Source: an uncultured Candidatus Poseidoniales archaeon
Lineage (GTDB): Archaea; Thermoplasmatota; Poseidoniia; Poseidoniales; CAYMED01
Assembly: GCA_964389655.1 (NCBI GenBank)
Contig: CAYMED010000008.1
Span: 1-64,000 of the forward strand
Reading direction: 5' to 3'
DNA: 64,000 nt
The notes beneath the pieces are model-generated. The model did not search any database, was not told where the DNA came from, and was given only the letters and a program-made list of their open reading frames with translations. The translations under genes were made by a program, and so were the position numbers. The first letter of the stretch is position 1. Each line of letters starts with the position of its first letter. Below, in pieces: positions 38,676 through 50,082 of the stretch.

Positions 38676-39728
38676 ATGTCAGGTGGAGGCAAAGGTGGGT
38701 GGTCATATGCCGCTACTCGTGCCAAGGCCCGACGCGCCAAACTGATTGATAGCATGAGATATCGCCAAATGCTTCAACAAACTCCAAATCAAATAGTTAC
38801 TACGATCGCAGAACTAGGCTACCGTGAAGAAATTGATCTTTATGCTAATCGCCTGCAAGGTTCTGACCTTGTCGAAGCAGCAATCTCTCATGCGTTTGAT
38901 GTCGACATTGCTCAAGTGCTTCACTTCTGCCGGGGATCTCAACGCCGGCTCGCTTCAGTATATGCGTCTAGAAATGAAATTGACAAGGTGCGTATCGTGC
39001 TAAGGTCTATCGCTGGTTCTATCGATTCTGATGAGGTGGGCGTCTCCATTCTTCCTTCGGAAAATGAGACAAATGGGCCTTGGTTGGATATGATACGCAG
39101 CTCTGATGACTTTGATTCTGCCATTTCTCAATTGCCCATTGGACCAGTTAAACAAGCCCTTAGTTCCCTTCCATCGGGAACCTCACTGCGCGATTATGAG
39201 GACGCAATCGACCGTTCATCTACGAGGATGAGTCTTGATGCCCTTAAGGAAAATGATGCACCCACCCGCGTCCTTCGAAAGATTCTACGGCATGAAGTGG
39301 ATCAGAGAAATTTGGCCAATTTATTGCGTGGTCTACGTCAAGGCCTTGACCTTGAAACCCGACGAGGCATGATGCTCGATGGCGGCCTGCGCTTTTCCGG
39401 CCTAACCCTTTCCTCTATGGCTGAAGCAAGCGATGTCGAAGGTCTTCGATCGGCTCTCTCAGGCGTGCGGGGTTTTGATCATGCGGGATTTGAAGAAGCC
39501 CTTGATGGCGTAGATGCTACAAATTCGCTCGACCCGGTGATGGTGTGGGCTCGTAAAGACCGAGACCTGATGATTGGGAGGCTAGGTCATCAGCATCCTG
39601 TTTCAGCCATCCCAGTCGTACATTACATCTTCTCCAAGCGCGGTGAAATCGCGAATTTGCGACTTATTGCACGTGGCTTGTCAGCAGGGCTTTCGGCAGA
39701 AAAATTGGAGACCCGACTTCACATATGA
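38676..39728 (+). CDS. atpC: A-type ATP synthase subunit C
   Basis: YAATRAKARRAKLI, EVDQRNL, KRGEIANLRLIARG. Confidence 0.92.
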   Translation: MSGGGKGGWSYAATRAKARRAKLIDSMRYRQMLQQTPNQIVTTIAELGYREEIDLYANRLQGSDLVEAAISHAFDVDIAQVLHFCRGSQRRLASVYASRNEIDKVRIVLRSIAGSIDSDEVGVSILPSENETNGPWLDMIRSSDDFDSAISQLPIGPVKQALSSLPSGTSLRDYEDAIDRSSTRMSLDALKENDAPTRVLRKILRHEVDQRNLANLLRGLRQGLDLETRRGMMLDGGLRFSGLTLSSMAEASDVEGLRSALSGVRGFDHAGFEEALDGVDATNSLDPVMVWARKDRDLMIGRLGHQHPVSAIPVVHYIFSKRGEIANLRLIARGLSAGLSAEKLETRLHI

Positions 39729-39736
39729 GGTGTATT

Positions 39737-40039
39737 ATGATGGATCTTGTTGTTGTTGGCCCGAGCGAATTCACACTAGGTTTCGAACTTGCTGGAGTTC
39801 GCAGTGTACACAACCCTCCCGATGATGATGCGCTGGCAGTGACTATGCGCAACGCGATGTCCGATGCTGATGTTGGAATCGTGGTCTTACACTCCGACGC
39901 ACTCGCCCGCCTCCCGGCGCGAATGCGTTTAGAGGTCGCAGAAAGTGTGACCCCAACCGTCCTTGCAATCGGGGGTGCAGAGGATAACTCGCTACGAGAG
40001 TCAATTCGTAGAGCGATCGGAGTCGATCTTTGGAAATAA
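39737..40039 (+). CDS. atpF: A-type ATP synthase subunit F
   Basis: VVGPSEFTLGFELAGV, LRESIRRAIGVDLW; SD GAGGTG. Confidence 0.93.
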   Translation: MMDLVVVGPSEFTLGFELAGVRSVHNPPDDDALAVTMRNAMSDADVGIVVLHSDALARLPARMRLEVAESVTPTVLAIGGAEDNSLRESIRRAIGVDLWK

Positions 40040-40048
40040 GGTGAAATT

Positions 40049-41791
40049 ATGTCTGAATCAGGAAGAATCCATAGAATATCTGGGCCGGTAGTGACGGCCG
40101 TTGGCATTGATACAGCGATGTATGACGTCGTACGGGTAGGGCATGAACGGCTTATGGGTGAAGTGATTGAGATACACGGTGAAAAATCGGTCATTCAAGT
40201 CTATGAAGATACGAGTGGAATGCGGCCAGGTGAACCAGTGGTAAACACAGGTCAAACACTTTCAGTTCAACTTGGTCCGGGTTTGCTGACTCAAATCTAT
40301 GATGGGATTCAGCGTCCTCTACAAAACCTTGAGGAAGTTATGGGTGTATTCATTACCCGTGGTGTGGATGCTGATGGTCTCGATTTAGAGAAGAATTGGG
40401 CATTCAGTCCTTGCGTTTCAGTGGGTGATGAGGTTGTAGCCGGTCAGGTAATTGGGACCGTACAAGAGACCGAGACCATTGAGCACCGAATAATGGTCCC
40501 TCCTAGGAAGTCGGGTAAAGTTACTAGCATTGAATCAGGTGACTATAACGTGACCCAAACAATTTGCACCCTAGATGGTGAAACTGAACTTCAAATGATG
40601 CAATTGTGGCCTGTGCGAACCCCACGTCCGTTCCAACAGAAGTATGCACCAGACGTCCCATTGATCACAGGTCAACGTATTCTTGATTTCTTATTCCCTT
40701 TGGCCAAAGGTGGAACTGCTGGTATTCCAGGTCCTTTTGGTTCGGGAAAAACCGTTACTCAACAGCAACTTGCTAAGTGGTCGGATGCACAACTTGTGGT
40801 CTACATTGGATGTGGGGAGAGGGGAAATGAGATGACAGAAGTACTTACTGAATTCCCTCACCTCATCGACCCAAATACGAATAAGCCTTTGATGAACCGT
40901 ACTACGATGATTGCTAACACATCTAACATGCCTGTTGCGGCAAGAGAAGCATCGGTGTACACGGGAATTACAATTGCGGAATATTTCCGTGATATGGGGT
41001 ATGATGTCGCTCTTATGGCAGATTCAACAAGCCGATGGGCGGAAGCCATGCGTGAAATCAGTAGCCGTCTTGAAGAAATGCCTGGTGAAGAAGGATATCC
41101 AGCATATTTGTCCAGTAGGTTGGCTGAATTCTATGAACGCGCTGGGCGCGTTCAAACTCTCAACGGGGATGATGGATCCGTATCGGTGATAGGGGCGGTA
41201 TCCCCTCCTGGTGGGGATATTTCTGAGCCCGTAAGCCAAGGAACTCTTCGAATTGTCAAAGTATTTTGGGGACTCGATGCAGGCCTTGCCCGACAGCGCC
41301 ATTTCCCTGCAATAAATTGGTTACAATCGTATAGCCTATATCCTCAATCTCTTGATGCATGGTATCGAGAACACATTGCACCGGATTTTCCCGAAATACG
41401 CACAAAAATCAGTAGTTTACTTCAGATTGAGGCAGAATTACAAGAAATCGTGCAACTAGTGGGGTCCGATGCATTGCCCATTGACCAACAACTGACGTTG
41501 GAAGTTGCTCGCATGATTAGGGAATTTTTCCTCCAACAGAATGCTTTCCATGATGTAGATACTTATTCAGCTCTTGAATTGCAATATCGCATGGCATTGG
41601 CAATCCTTGCATTCCATGAATCAGCAAAGCGTGGGTTGGATGGCGGCGCATCACTAGAGGATGTAGTCAATGTACCTGCAAGAACCGACCTCATGCGAGG
41701 CCGATTTGAACAAGGCTACACGGAAAAATTCGATACATTAGTTGAGAAAATGACTGAGCAAATCGCAGCAGCGGTTTTGGAGAATGACTGA
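40049..41791 (+). CDS. atpA: A-type ATP synthase catalytic subunit A
   Basis: [31 protein letters not shown]; no intein. Confidence 0.99.
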   Translation: MSESGRIHRISGPVVTAVGIDTAMYDVVRVGHERLMGEVIEIHGEKSVIQVYEDTSGMRPGEPVVNTGQTLSVQLGPGLLTQIYDGIQRPLQNLEEVMGVFITRGVDADGLDLEKNWAFSPCVSVGDEVVAGQVIGTVQETETIEHRIMVPPRKSGKVTSIESGDYNVTQTICTLDGETELQMMQLWPVRTPRPFQQKYAPDVPLITGQRILDFLFPLAKGGTAGIPGPFGSGKTVTQQQLAKWSDAQLVVYIGCGERGNEMTEVLTEFPHLIDPNTNKPLMNRTTMIANTSNMPVAAREASVYTGITIAEYFRDMGYDVALMADSTSRWAEAMREISSRLEEMPGEEGYPAYLSSRLAEFYERAGRVQTLNGDDGSVSVIGAVSPPGGDISEPVSQGTLRIVKVFWGLDAGLARQRHFPAINWLQSYSLYPQSLDAWYREHIAPDFPEIRTKISSLLQIEAELQEIVQLVGSDALPIDQQLTLEVARMIREFFLQQNAFHDVDTYSALELQYRMALAILAFHESAKRGLDGGASLEDVVNVPARTDLMRGRFEQGYTEKFDTLVEKMTEQIAAAVLEND

Positions 41792-41802
41792 GGGGTGAGT
41801 AT

Positions 41803-43200
41803 ATGGCACAAAAAGAATACAGAACAATTACTGATATCAAAGGACCTTTGGTCTTCCTAGATCGAACTGAAGCTGTTGCATATGGTGAAATTGTAAATTT
41901 ACGCTTGTCAGATGGTACCATCAAAGCAGGACAAGTTCTAGATACATCTGATGACATGGTTGTCGTTCAAGTGTTTGAGGGTACAGCGGGTGTTGACCGG
42001 CATACTGGTATCCGTTTCTTGGGTGATGTGTTTCGCCTACCTGTGAGCAAGGACCTCGTTGGCCGCATTCTTTCGGGTGCTGGAAGGCCTAGAGATGGTG
42101 GGCCAGACATCGTTCCCGAGCGGCAAGCAGACATTATTGGTGCAGCAATTAACCCATATAGCCGGCGTAGCCCTGAGGAATTCATTCAAACCGGAATTTC
42201 AGCAATCGATGCCTGCACAACACTCGTTCGTGGGCAAAAGCTGCCGATCTTTAGTGCCAGTGGCTTGCCACACAATGATATCGCGCTTCAAATCGCTCGT
42301 CAGGCAAAACTCAAAGATAGCGATGAAGAATTCATTGTCGTGTTTTGTGCTATGGGGATTACAGCAGAAGAGTATAATTTCTTCCGCAGTGACTTGGAAC
42401 GGACAGGGGCACTTGAAAATGCAGTGCTATTTGTCAATTTAGCTGATGACCCTGCTGTGGAGCGGTTGATTACTCCCCGGCTTGCCCTTACTGCAGCAGA
42501 ATATCTGGCGTTTGATCATGATTACCATGTTCTCGTTATTTACACTGATATGACAAATTATTGCGAATCTCTGAGGCAAATTGGAGCAGCACGTGAAGAA
42601 GTTCCTGGTAGGCGTGGCTATCCTGGATACATGTATACTGATTTGGCTATGCTCTACGAACGTGCAGGGATTGTCAAAGGGAAAGTGGGCAGCATTACCC
42701 AATTCCCAATCTTGACAATGCCCGGTGATGACATTACACACCCGATTCCAGATTTGTCAGGATATATCACCGAAGGACAAGTTGTGATAAGTCGTGAGCT
42801 GCACCAAAAAGGAATTTATCCACCAATCAATGTTCTTCCTTCTCTTTCTCGACTAATGAATGCAGGAATTGGAGATGGCAAGACTAGAGAGGATCATAAA
42901 TCGGTTTCTGACCAAGTGTATGCTGCATACGCTCAAGGCCGTGAACTTCGGGGCTTGGTTGCAATTGTTGGTGAAGATGCGCTCAATGAGCGAGACCGAC
43001 AATTGTTGGCGTTTTCAGACATTTTTGAGGACCGCTTCTTGCGGCAAGACCGAGATGAAGATCGTAGCATTGATGAGACGCTTGGATTAGCATGGAATCT
43101 CCTTTCAGATATAGATACCAAATACCTTGTCCGCCTTGATCAAAAATGGATTGAGAAGTATCACCCTAATGAGAGTACAGGTTCTAATGAAGAAGAGTGA
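41803..43200 (+). CDS. atpB: A-type ATP synthase subunit B
   Basis: [35 protein letters not shown]. Confidence 0.99.
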   Translation: MAQKEYRTITDIKGPLVFLDRTEAVAYGEIVNLRLSDGTIKAGQVLDTSDDMVVVQVFEGTAGVDRHTGIRFLGDVFRLPVSKDLVGRILSGAGRPRDGGPDIVPERQADIIGAAINPYSRRSPEEFIQTGISAIDACTTLVRGQKLPIFSASGLPHNDIALQIARQAKLKDSDEEFIVVFCAMGITAEEYNFFRSDLERTGALENAVLFVNLADDPAVERLITPRLALTAAEYLAFDHDYHVLVIYTDMTNYCESLRQIGAAREEVPGRRGYPGYMYTDLAMLYERAGIVKGKVGSITQFPILTMPGDDITHPIPDLSGYITEGQVVISRELHQKGIYPPINVLPSLSRLMNAGIGDGKTREDHKSVSDQVYAAYAQGRELRGLVAIVGEDALNERDRQLLAFSDIFEDRFLRQDRDEDRSIDETLGLAWNLLSDIDTKYLVRLDQKWIEKYHPNESTGSNEEE

Positions 43201-43227
43201 ATGGGGTTAAGTCCAATTTGGTGATGT

Positions 43228-43857
43228 ATGATGGCACTCGACATCAAACCAACTAGGAGCGAACTACTAAACCTCGTTCGTCGCATTGAGCAAACCGAGA
43301 AAGGTTACAATCTTTTAAAAATGAAAAGAGATGGCCTTTTCCATGAGTTTCGTGAACTGCTTTCTGAAATGATTGAGGCAAGGGCCGAGCTCAAATCAAC
43401 TTACGATGAAGCAGAGAGGGCCATTGGCCTTGCACTAGCAGTTAGGGGTGGCTTGGAAGTACGTTCTGCAGCACTTTGTTCTGGGGCAAAACCAACAGTT
43501 AATGTCGAGAAACATAACATCATGGGGGTTGTGGTCCCTCGAATAGAAGGTCAGAACCTTTCTTCTACAATTGTAGAGCGTGGCTCTGGATTGATTGATG
43601 GAAGTCCGTATGTTGATGAAGCCGCTGATGCATATGGGTCTCTGATTGAGAGAATTGTGAGAGCTGCAGAAATGGAATCTACCCTCAAGCGCTTGTTGCG
43701 CGAGATTGAGGCAACAAAACGGCGTGTTAATGCCCTTGAATTCAAGGTCATACCTGAAATGGAGGAGGCCCGTGATTTCATTCGGCTCAGGTTAGAGGAA
43801 ATGGCACGTGAGGAAACATTCCGCTTAAAGCGCTTCAAGAATAAGGGCGATGATTGA
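43228..43857 (+). CDS. atpD: A-type ATP synthase subunit D
   Basis: KPTRSEL, LLKMKRDGL, TKRRVNALE. Confidence 0.96.
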   Translation: MMALDIKPTRSELLNLVRRIEQTEKGYNLLKMKRDGLFHEFRELLSEMIEARAELKSTYDEAERAIGLALAVRGGLEVRSAALCSGAKPTVNVEKHNIMGVVVPRIEGQNLSSTIVERGSGLIDGSPYVDEAADAYGSLIERIVRAAEMESTLKRLLREIEATKRRVNALEFKVIPEMEEARDFIRLRLEEMAREETFRLKRFKNKGDD

Positions 43858-43910
43858 GCATTACATTATATCAAAACCATTTCCGCAGAATGGCTGCTGG
43901 AGGCGTCTGA

Positions 43911-46493
43911 ATGTCCGGTAATGAGTCGGTTGAAGATGCCCTTTCGCCGCTTGAAGTCGATGCTGAATTATGGGATGAAAATGACTTCATCGAAGAAATA
44001 ATATCGCGCGATTGGGAACCTCTCGATCGTTTACGTGGTGATGTTCCAGGTTGGGCTATTGAAGCAATTGATGAGGATGTTGAATCGCGGCAAATTCGTC
44101 TTAGGTCATACCTCGAACCACTCGGGCTGATGCCTCGCCTTCGCCGCGGCACAACATCTTGGCGAATTCGTATCCTTCCCTTGCCTAGGTCTCCTGCTAT
44201 GGTGAAGGGTATTGTTCTCCTTTGTGCATGGGTTGCCAGCATCATTTGCTTGTTGGCGATGGGTGTTCGTTGGATTGCTATGCACAACGACGCACGATCT
44301 TGGATGGATCTTGATGTGTGGTTACAATCAGCCCTATTTTACACCACTCCCGTCTTGCTAGTTCTAGTTATTGTCGATAGATTAGATGCCACTTTTCACC
44401 GGCAAGTTGGGATGTCCCGTTCTGGCATGCTACCAATCCCTTGCCCAATCGCTTTGCCAGGATGGCCGTTTGGGTTGTTAGGTATGACTTCAGTACCTCG
44501 TATTGAAGCGCAGGTGTGGATGGACCGGAAGACATTGTTGCGTGTTTCTTTTACAACACCCCTCATCCTTCTATTCTCAGGTGTGATGGCAATATCGCTC
44601 GGAATTTACCTTACTCCATCTTTGCCGTCTGGAGTGCAAGGCGATGTGCTGAGAATTCCCCCTGTTATCTCTTCCATTTTTGGATTATTTCTGGGGGATG
44701 CAGAACTTGCTCGTCGCAGTGCTTGGGCACACCCGTTAGCCCTTTCTGGCATGTTTTTCTTGATGTCTGGATGGATCTCTCTCCTGCCTCTACCTACTTT
44801 CCCAGGTGGCCGTTTACTCGTAGGGGTTCTTGGCCCTGAAAATGCCAATGGAAGGCTTGCACAAACAGTTCGTCTTGCGGCAATTATTTTGCTATTGTTA
44901 ATGGTTCTACAGTATGGTGATGCTGCCGCTTCAGCGACAATGGTTTGGCTTGCTCTTGCCCTTATTGGCTTGACTCTAAATCATCAGTTTGGTTCTAACC
45001 CTGGAATTCCTCTGATGCTTGACCCAGACCAACCAGTTGCTTCAGAGGTCCGGTGGAGAGTTAGTGTTCTCTTGATCGTTGGAATTCTTGTTGCTTGTCC
45101 ATCTTTGACTCCAATTAATGACTCCGCAGACCGAGGCAGCTTACTCGTCTTTGGTTCCTCCTCTTTCAATGTGGATGCCCAGGAGAATTCTACTGGCAGC
45201 CTTTTACTTCCCCTTGAGCAGCAGGGACTTACTTCATCTAGTTGGTACGTGAATGGGGCTGTTGACCCAATGCATGATGCTTGGAATTTGACTATGATTT
45301 GTCCAGGTAGCATGGAACATGTTGATTTGCACGTGGGTTGTGCAGGGGAGGACCTTGCCCCCGGAAAAATTACTGAAATAGAACTTTCATGGATTACCCC
45401 CCCTGCTCATCAAGTTGCATTGAACCCAGTCATTGCATTGTTATTGGATGGTGTTCCCGCTAATCGGGTTGAAATCAATGTTAAGAGAGCATTTCGGAGT
45501 TTGTCTGTTGGTTGGGAAATGGCGACGAATCACATGGCCCCAACTCTTTCAATGGAATTTCAGATGAGCGATACGCATGGTCACCTCAATCTCAGTTTAC
45601 TCGATCCTGCTTGGAGTCTTGATATGAATTCACAAATAATTGATCCCTCAAATTCAGTAATGTCCATCCGCGCAATTGGGGGTGCGGGAGCCATACATGG
45701 GCTTAATACAATTGACCGATACAATCGTCCACATTTTTCCTTAGATGGGGTTGCTGATGATGGGACACGCCTTTCTTGGTCCCTTCCCATTCTTGCGCCC
45801 CTGCAATCTTTAGCGACTAATTCAGAGGGGTTAGTTGATCTGCACCATGGAGACCTCACAAACGCAAGTTCTTGGGGGCGTATTCCGGCGCCAAGTTGGG
45901 CACTAGATGGGCACGTCATTCTCTCATCAGCAAATTTGAGTGATGTGCGTGACGCCGGTTGTGGGCAAAACCCGCGCACACCCATATTCTCCTCGGACGG
46001 AATACACGTCCGTCCTAGTTCAATTCGGTCCACTACAATGCCGGGCCAGGACTTCGTCAATCTCACTGTTGAGACGACTGGTTTGTCGGCTATGAGGGTC
46101 TGCTATGATCCTTCAAACCAGTCTCTTGAGCGTACCTTTTCGTTGCAAATCGCCCCTGCAATTGGTGTCAATGATGGACAAGGATGGCATGCAGCTTGGA
46201 TCGGGCACCCAATTCTTGTAGATCCAACCACGTCCAATCACTCTGTCTCATTTACTTTATTCAATCCCAGTTCAGAGAATGTTGAATTTAGAATTGAATC
46301 GATGGGTACTCTACAACTGATATCTGGGCGTGGATGGAATCTGGCGGATACTTCACCGATATCAATTCCAGCACATGGTTCTATAGACTATGTCCTTCGT
46401 TGGTCACAAATTGAAACAGGAGATAGATTACGTGCTTGGCTTGATTTTGATGAGCGTGGACCGCTGATCGCATTGACTGGTGAAGGGATATAA
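43911..46493 (+). CDS. Site-2 protease (M50)-like membrane protein lacking zinc ligands, fused to a large extracytoplasmic domain
   Basis: Colinear with archaeal M50 (MDRKTLLRVSFTTPL, AHPLALSG, SLLPLPTFPGGRLL), but HExxH and LDG are replaced. Confidence 0.65.
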   Translation: MSGNESVEDALSPLEVDAELWDENDFIEEIISRDWEPLDRLRGDVPGWAIEAIDEDVESRQIRLRSYLEPLGLMPRLRRGTTSWRIRILPLPRSPAMVKGIVLLCAWVASIICLLAMGVRWIAMHNDARSWMDLDVWLQSALFYTTPVLLVLVIVDRLDATFHRQVGMSRSGMLPIPCPIALPGWPFGLLGMTSVPRIEAQVWMDRKTLLRVSFTTPLILLFSGVMAISLGIYLTPSLPSGVQGDVLRIPPVISSIFGLFLGDAELARRSAWAHPLALSGMFFLMSGWISLLPLPTFPGGRLLVGVLGPENANGRLAQTVRLAAIILLLLMVLQYGDAAASATMVWLALALIGLTLNHQFGSNPGIPLMLDPDQPVASEVRWRVSVLLIVGILVACPSLTPINDSADRGSLLVFGSSSFNVDAQENSTGSLLLPLEQQGLTSSSWYVNGAVDPMHDAWNLTMICPGSMEHVDLHVGCAGEDLAPGKITEIELSWITPPAHQVALNPVIALLLDGVPANRVEINVKRAFRSLSVGWEMATNHMAPTLSMEFQMSDTHGHLNLSLLDPAWSLDMNSQIIDPSNSVMSIRAIGGAGAIHGLNTIDRYNRPHFSLDGVADDGTRLSWSLPILAPLQSLATNSEGLVDLHHGDLTNASSWGRIPAPSWALDGHVILSSANLSDVRDAGCGQNPRTPIFSSDGIHVRPSSIRSTTMPGQDFVNLTVETTGLSAMRVCYDPSNQSLERTFSLQIAPAIGVNDGQGWHAAWIGHPILVDPTTSNHSVSFTLFNPSSENVEFRIESMGTLQLISGRGWNLADTSPISIPAHGSIDYVLRWSQIETGDRLRAWLDFDERGPLIALTGEGI

Positions 46494-47425
46494 TGCGTGT
46501 TGGGATTCTTGGTGCTGGTGCGATAGGAACTGTTTTCGCGGCCGCCCTTTCGGAAGTTGCAACTAGTGTCTCAATCCTTGCTCGAGAGCCTCAGGCGTCT
46601 TATTTGGAAGTAGAGGGTCTAGAAATGACCTTCTCAAATGGGGATGTCCGAAGATACCCGCCTTCTTCATGGTCGATCCTACGCCCGGGTGACTTGGCTC
46701 CTGAAGTCGACCTTCTTCTCTTATCTGCAAAAGCTTCCTCAACACGTGAATTGGCACCAATTGCATCACAGTGGCTTGCTCCCTTGGGCTATGTGATCAG
46801 TTTGCAAAACGGTCTTGGCCATGCGCACCAACTTGGACTACATTGCGGCCATTCTCGGGTGATCCCGGCCATCACAACACATGGAGCTAATCGCCAAGGC
46901 CCGGGCCACACTCATTGGGCAGGGGTGGGGGAAGTTATTCTAGGAAACAGCGGGGAGTCTCCAAGTGATGCTATGCAGCCAATTCTTGACTTATTTGCCA
47001 AAGCATCTTTGCATCCGCGATGGTCCACGTCCATTGATTCTGAAATATGGTTGAAATTGATTTACAATGCTGCAATCAATCCTATTGCCTCGATTTGTGG
47101 GATTACCAATGGTGAGATCCTCTCGTCCCCTGATTTACGCGCATGCGCATCATCTATTGTGCAAGAAGCAACACGAATGGGGCATTTACATGGGGCTGAC
47201 TTGCCTCCCTTGCTTGAAATTGAAGCGGGACTTGATCATATTCTCACTATGACTTCAAACAATGAATGCAGCATGCTCCAAGATTTGAAAGCGGGCCGAA
47301 AAACGGAAATTGAATCTATTTGTGGGGTTCTTATTGAGACATCGGAAGAACACGGTGTTCCTATTCCGACCCTGCGTGCGGTATACGCGCTTGTGCGAAG
47401 TCTTGAAGCGGGCATATTGGTCTAA
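46493..47425 (+). CDS. panE: 2-dehydropantoate 2-reductase
   Basis: GAGAIG, LQNGLG, WLKLIYNAAINP, SMLQDL..GRKTEI. Confidence 0.92.
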   Translation: MRVGILGAGAIGTVFAAALSEVATSVSILAREPQASYLEVEGLEMTFSNGDVRRYPPSSWSILRPGDLAPEVDLLLLSAKASSTRELAPIASQWLAPLGYVISLQNGLGHAHQLGLHCGHSRVIPAITTHGANRQGPGHTHWAGVGEVILGNSGESPSDAMQPILDLFAKASLHPRWSTSIDSEIWLKLIYNAAINPIASICGITNGEILSSPDLRACASSIVQEATRMGHLHGADLPPLLEIEAGLDHILTMTSNNECSMLQDLKAGRKTEIESICGVLIETSEEHGVPIPTLRAVYALVRSLEAGILV

Positions 47426-49038
47426 TTTTGCACATGATCAAGGTTATAATGCAACCCTATGTTTTGTTTCCTGTTAGCTGCAGCATGTGCTATTTTTGTT
47501 GATATGAGTGCTAAATTTCTCAATTCAACCAATTCTTTTGTTGGTTTCGATGTATGCCAGTGGCGCATGATTTCATCGTTAATATGCAGCAACCTTCGTT
47601 CCGCCCTTTCAAGGCGCTGAATCGTGCGAACAACCCCCACGTCTCTTGTCATTGTTCTCCCTAAGGCCAAGCGGTCATGGATTAATGGGCCATGTGCTGT
47701 AAGGTGTTTGAGATCATCAGACCTCCAAAAGGGAAGCCTTCGATTTTTCTTTTTCCGCCTACTTTTTTTCGATAACAAACGCACTAACCTTCGGGCAAGA
47801 ACTACTGCTTCAAGCAGACTATTGGATGCGAGTCGGTTAGCGCCATGGAAGCCACTACAGGCAACCTCGCCTATGGCATATAATCCCCCAATAACTCTGT
47901 TACCTCGGGTGGAAGTGAATGAGTTTAGGGTCTCTGCTTGCCAGACACCTCCGTCTTGATTGACATCAATACCCCCTACTGAATAGTGTGCTGCGGGGGT
48001 GATCGGTATTGGGTTGTCACCTAAATGAAGCCCATGCTTGGCTAGATGGCTGGCAGCAGTTGGAAATTGACGTTGAAGATCTCTTTGGTCGAGGTGACTG
48101 GTGATTAGCCATACTTGTTCATCGCCTGTTTTAGTTAATTCTAGGTCGATTGCTCGTGCAATAATGTCCCTTGTTGCTAGCCGCCCTCTTTCGTCATGGC
48201 GCTTTAGGAATGAATATGATTCAGGATCGCCTTTAGAACCCCATGCGACCAAGTCCCGTTCTGAAAGGATCGAGGCGCCTTGCCCCCGCATTGCTTCGGT
48301 CAGCAGAAAAGGCCTTTCTCCAGGTAAGTGAAGGACTGTTGGATGGAATTGTATGAATTCTAAATCCCGTGTGGCTGCCCCTGCGCGCAAGGCGAGGGCA
48401 ATCCCATCCCCTGTTGAGACAGTAGGATTTGTCGTACGTTCAAAGACTTGGCCAAGGCCGCCTGTTGCTAAAATGACGGAATCAGCATCCATTGCCTTGA
48501 CCTGACCGTGGGGATCTAATGCCCACACACCACAGACGTTTCGCAAATGCGAGGTTTTTTCCTCAAGGATCAGGTCAATTACCATCGTATTCTCCATTAC
48601 TTCGACTTCACTCATTTCGATCCTTTCGGATAGTGACCTTTCGATTTCTGCGCCAGTTCTATCTTGGTGGTGGAGTATTCTTCTTTGCATGTGCCCACCT
48701 TCTAGGCTTAGATCAAATTCCCCGTGCTGGTTTGTGTCAAATTGAGCACCCCCTTCGATAAGATATTGGACAGCATCAGCAGCTTCCCGGATAACCATCT
48801 CTACGAGTGTTCTGTCGTTATGCCCGCATCCAGATTGGATGGTATCCTCCACATGATCCTGAATTGCTTTGTCATCGTCTGGGTTAAGTATCGCTGCGAT
48901 ACCGCCTTGTGCCCAATTTGTTGATGAATGCTTGAGGTCTGACTTGGTGATGACAGTTACGTCACGCCCTTGTTGGGAACACCCTAAGGCCACGGTCAAG
49001 CCGGCGATGCCCGAACCAACGACAACGATCTTGCCCAT
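47422..49038 (-). CDS. nadB: L-aspartate oxidase
   Basis: VVGSGIAGL, TNWAQGGIA, EGGH..RRILH, QFHPT, HGANRLASNSLLE. ATG49038 preferred (track start 49068). Confidence 0.93.
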   Translation of the reverse strand: MGKIVVVGSGIAGLTVALGCSQQGRDVTVITKSDLKHSSTNWAQGGIAAILNPDDDKAIQDHVEDTIQSGCGHNDRTLVEMVIREAADAVQYLIEGGAQFDTNQHGEFDLSLEGGHMQRRILHHQDRTGAEIERSLSERIEMSEVEVMENTMVIDLILEEKTSHLRNVCGVWALDPHGQVKAMDADSVILATGGLGQVFERTTNPTVSTGDGIALALRAGAATRDLEFIQFHPTVLHLPGERPFLLTEAMRGQGASILSERDLVAWGSKGDPESYSFLKRHDERGRLATRDIIARAIDLELTKTGDEQVWLITSHLDQRDLQRQFPTAASHLAKHGLHLGDNPIPITPAAHYSVGGIDVNQDGGVWQAETLNSFTSTRGNRVIGGLYAIGEVACSGFHGANRLASNSLLEAVVLARRLVRLLSKKSRRKKKNRRLPFWRSDDLKHLTAHGPLIHDRLALGRTMTRDVGVVRTIQRLERAERRLLHINDEIMRHWHTSKPTKELVELRNLALISTKIAHAAANRKQNIGLHYNLDHVQN

Positions 49039-49128
49039 ATTGGCGTTTGCTAGGGGTGCGTGGTTCAATCCTGCGATGGCTTGTTCGCCCGATACGGCTA
49101 TGGGTGCACGCTCTTGTCCCCCCCTTAG

Positions 49129-49956
49129 ATGGGTGTTCTCCGCGTACTCGGCGTCGTGCTTGGCCTTGGCCTTGCAGCCATATCAATCCTCAACGTGATG
49201 GGCTTTTTAGCCGTCGATGCAGAGGGTGGCCCCATCAAAATTGATCTGTCTGTTGCCAGCGAATGTTTCAACTCAAACGACGTGAGTGATTGCGCCACCG
49301 CCCCCGGCCTATTTCAGGCACCAGATATTGCACTCGTCCTTGTTGGCGCACTATTGTTTTTCAAAGCCCTCTTGGGTAAAAAGAAAAGGAAAAAGGGGGC
49401 TGCTGTACAATCAAAGAAGAAAAGACGAAGGGGGCGCTTACAGATTGCAATTGGCCTCACATTCATTGGAGTGGCTGCTTTTGATATGATGGGCATCATT
49501 CAACCCTTGATCTCAGGAAGGGCCGGGAGGACTTCCTTGCCTTATGATGAATTATTTGGGATTCCCAATCTCCCTAGTTTCATTCCTTTGGACAAATTCG
49601 TCCAAATCCCTCTCCTTTTGATAGGGTTGCGCTTCTTTATCTCAGGTCGTGGAAATGTGCGCCAAGCCGGCCGCAGTGATACGCTCATTGGGATGGGTGC
49701 AATATCTGGGTCTGAATCATCAGGTAGACACTCACACCGAAAAAGTGACTCCAAATTGTTCAAAGGGAAATTGGAAAGCAAAGGAATAGATAAATTTGCT
49801 ACTGTTGGTGACCTCCGGCGAGCATATGATATGGATATGCACACGGACTCATTCCAAATTAGCACTACCGACAATGATGATGAGGTGGCTGGAAGGACGT
49901 GCCACTATTGTAGTGGTGGTGGTTGCAAGGAATGCAATTTCTCCGGTGAAATTTAA
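49129..49956 (+). CDS. Membrane protein with a C-terminal CxxC-GxG-CxxC zinc finger
   Basis: About four TMs, a Lys/Arg-rich loop, C-terminal CHYCSGGGCKEC. Confidence 0.65.
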   Translation: MGVLRVLGVVLGLGLAAISILNVMGFLAVDAEGGPIKIDLSVASECFNSNDVSDCATAPGLFQAPDIALVLVGALLFFKALLGKKKRKKGAAVQSKKKRRRGRLQIAIGLTFIGVAAFDMMGIIQPLISGRAGRTSLPYDELFGIPNLPSFIPLDKFVQIPLLLIGLRFFISGRGNVRQAGRSDTLIGMGAISGSESSGRHSHRKSDSKLFKGKLESKGIDKFATVGDLRRAYDMDMHTDSFQISTTDNDDEVAGRTCHYCSGGGCKECNFSGEI

Positions 49957-50082
49957 TCGGCATATTGGTGTACCCTCTCGAATCGATATTGAGAGGGGAT
50001 TGCAAACGCATGCCTTATAGTCCAATGAATGACGCTAGCGTATTCGGGGTCGGGCAAGCCCTCCTCAAAGGATGGGAAGTGA

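Noticed and set aside
40049-43200. Inteins in atpA/atpB (also checked cdc6)
   Set aside because: Normal lengths and continuous motifs.
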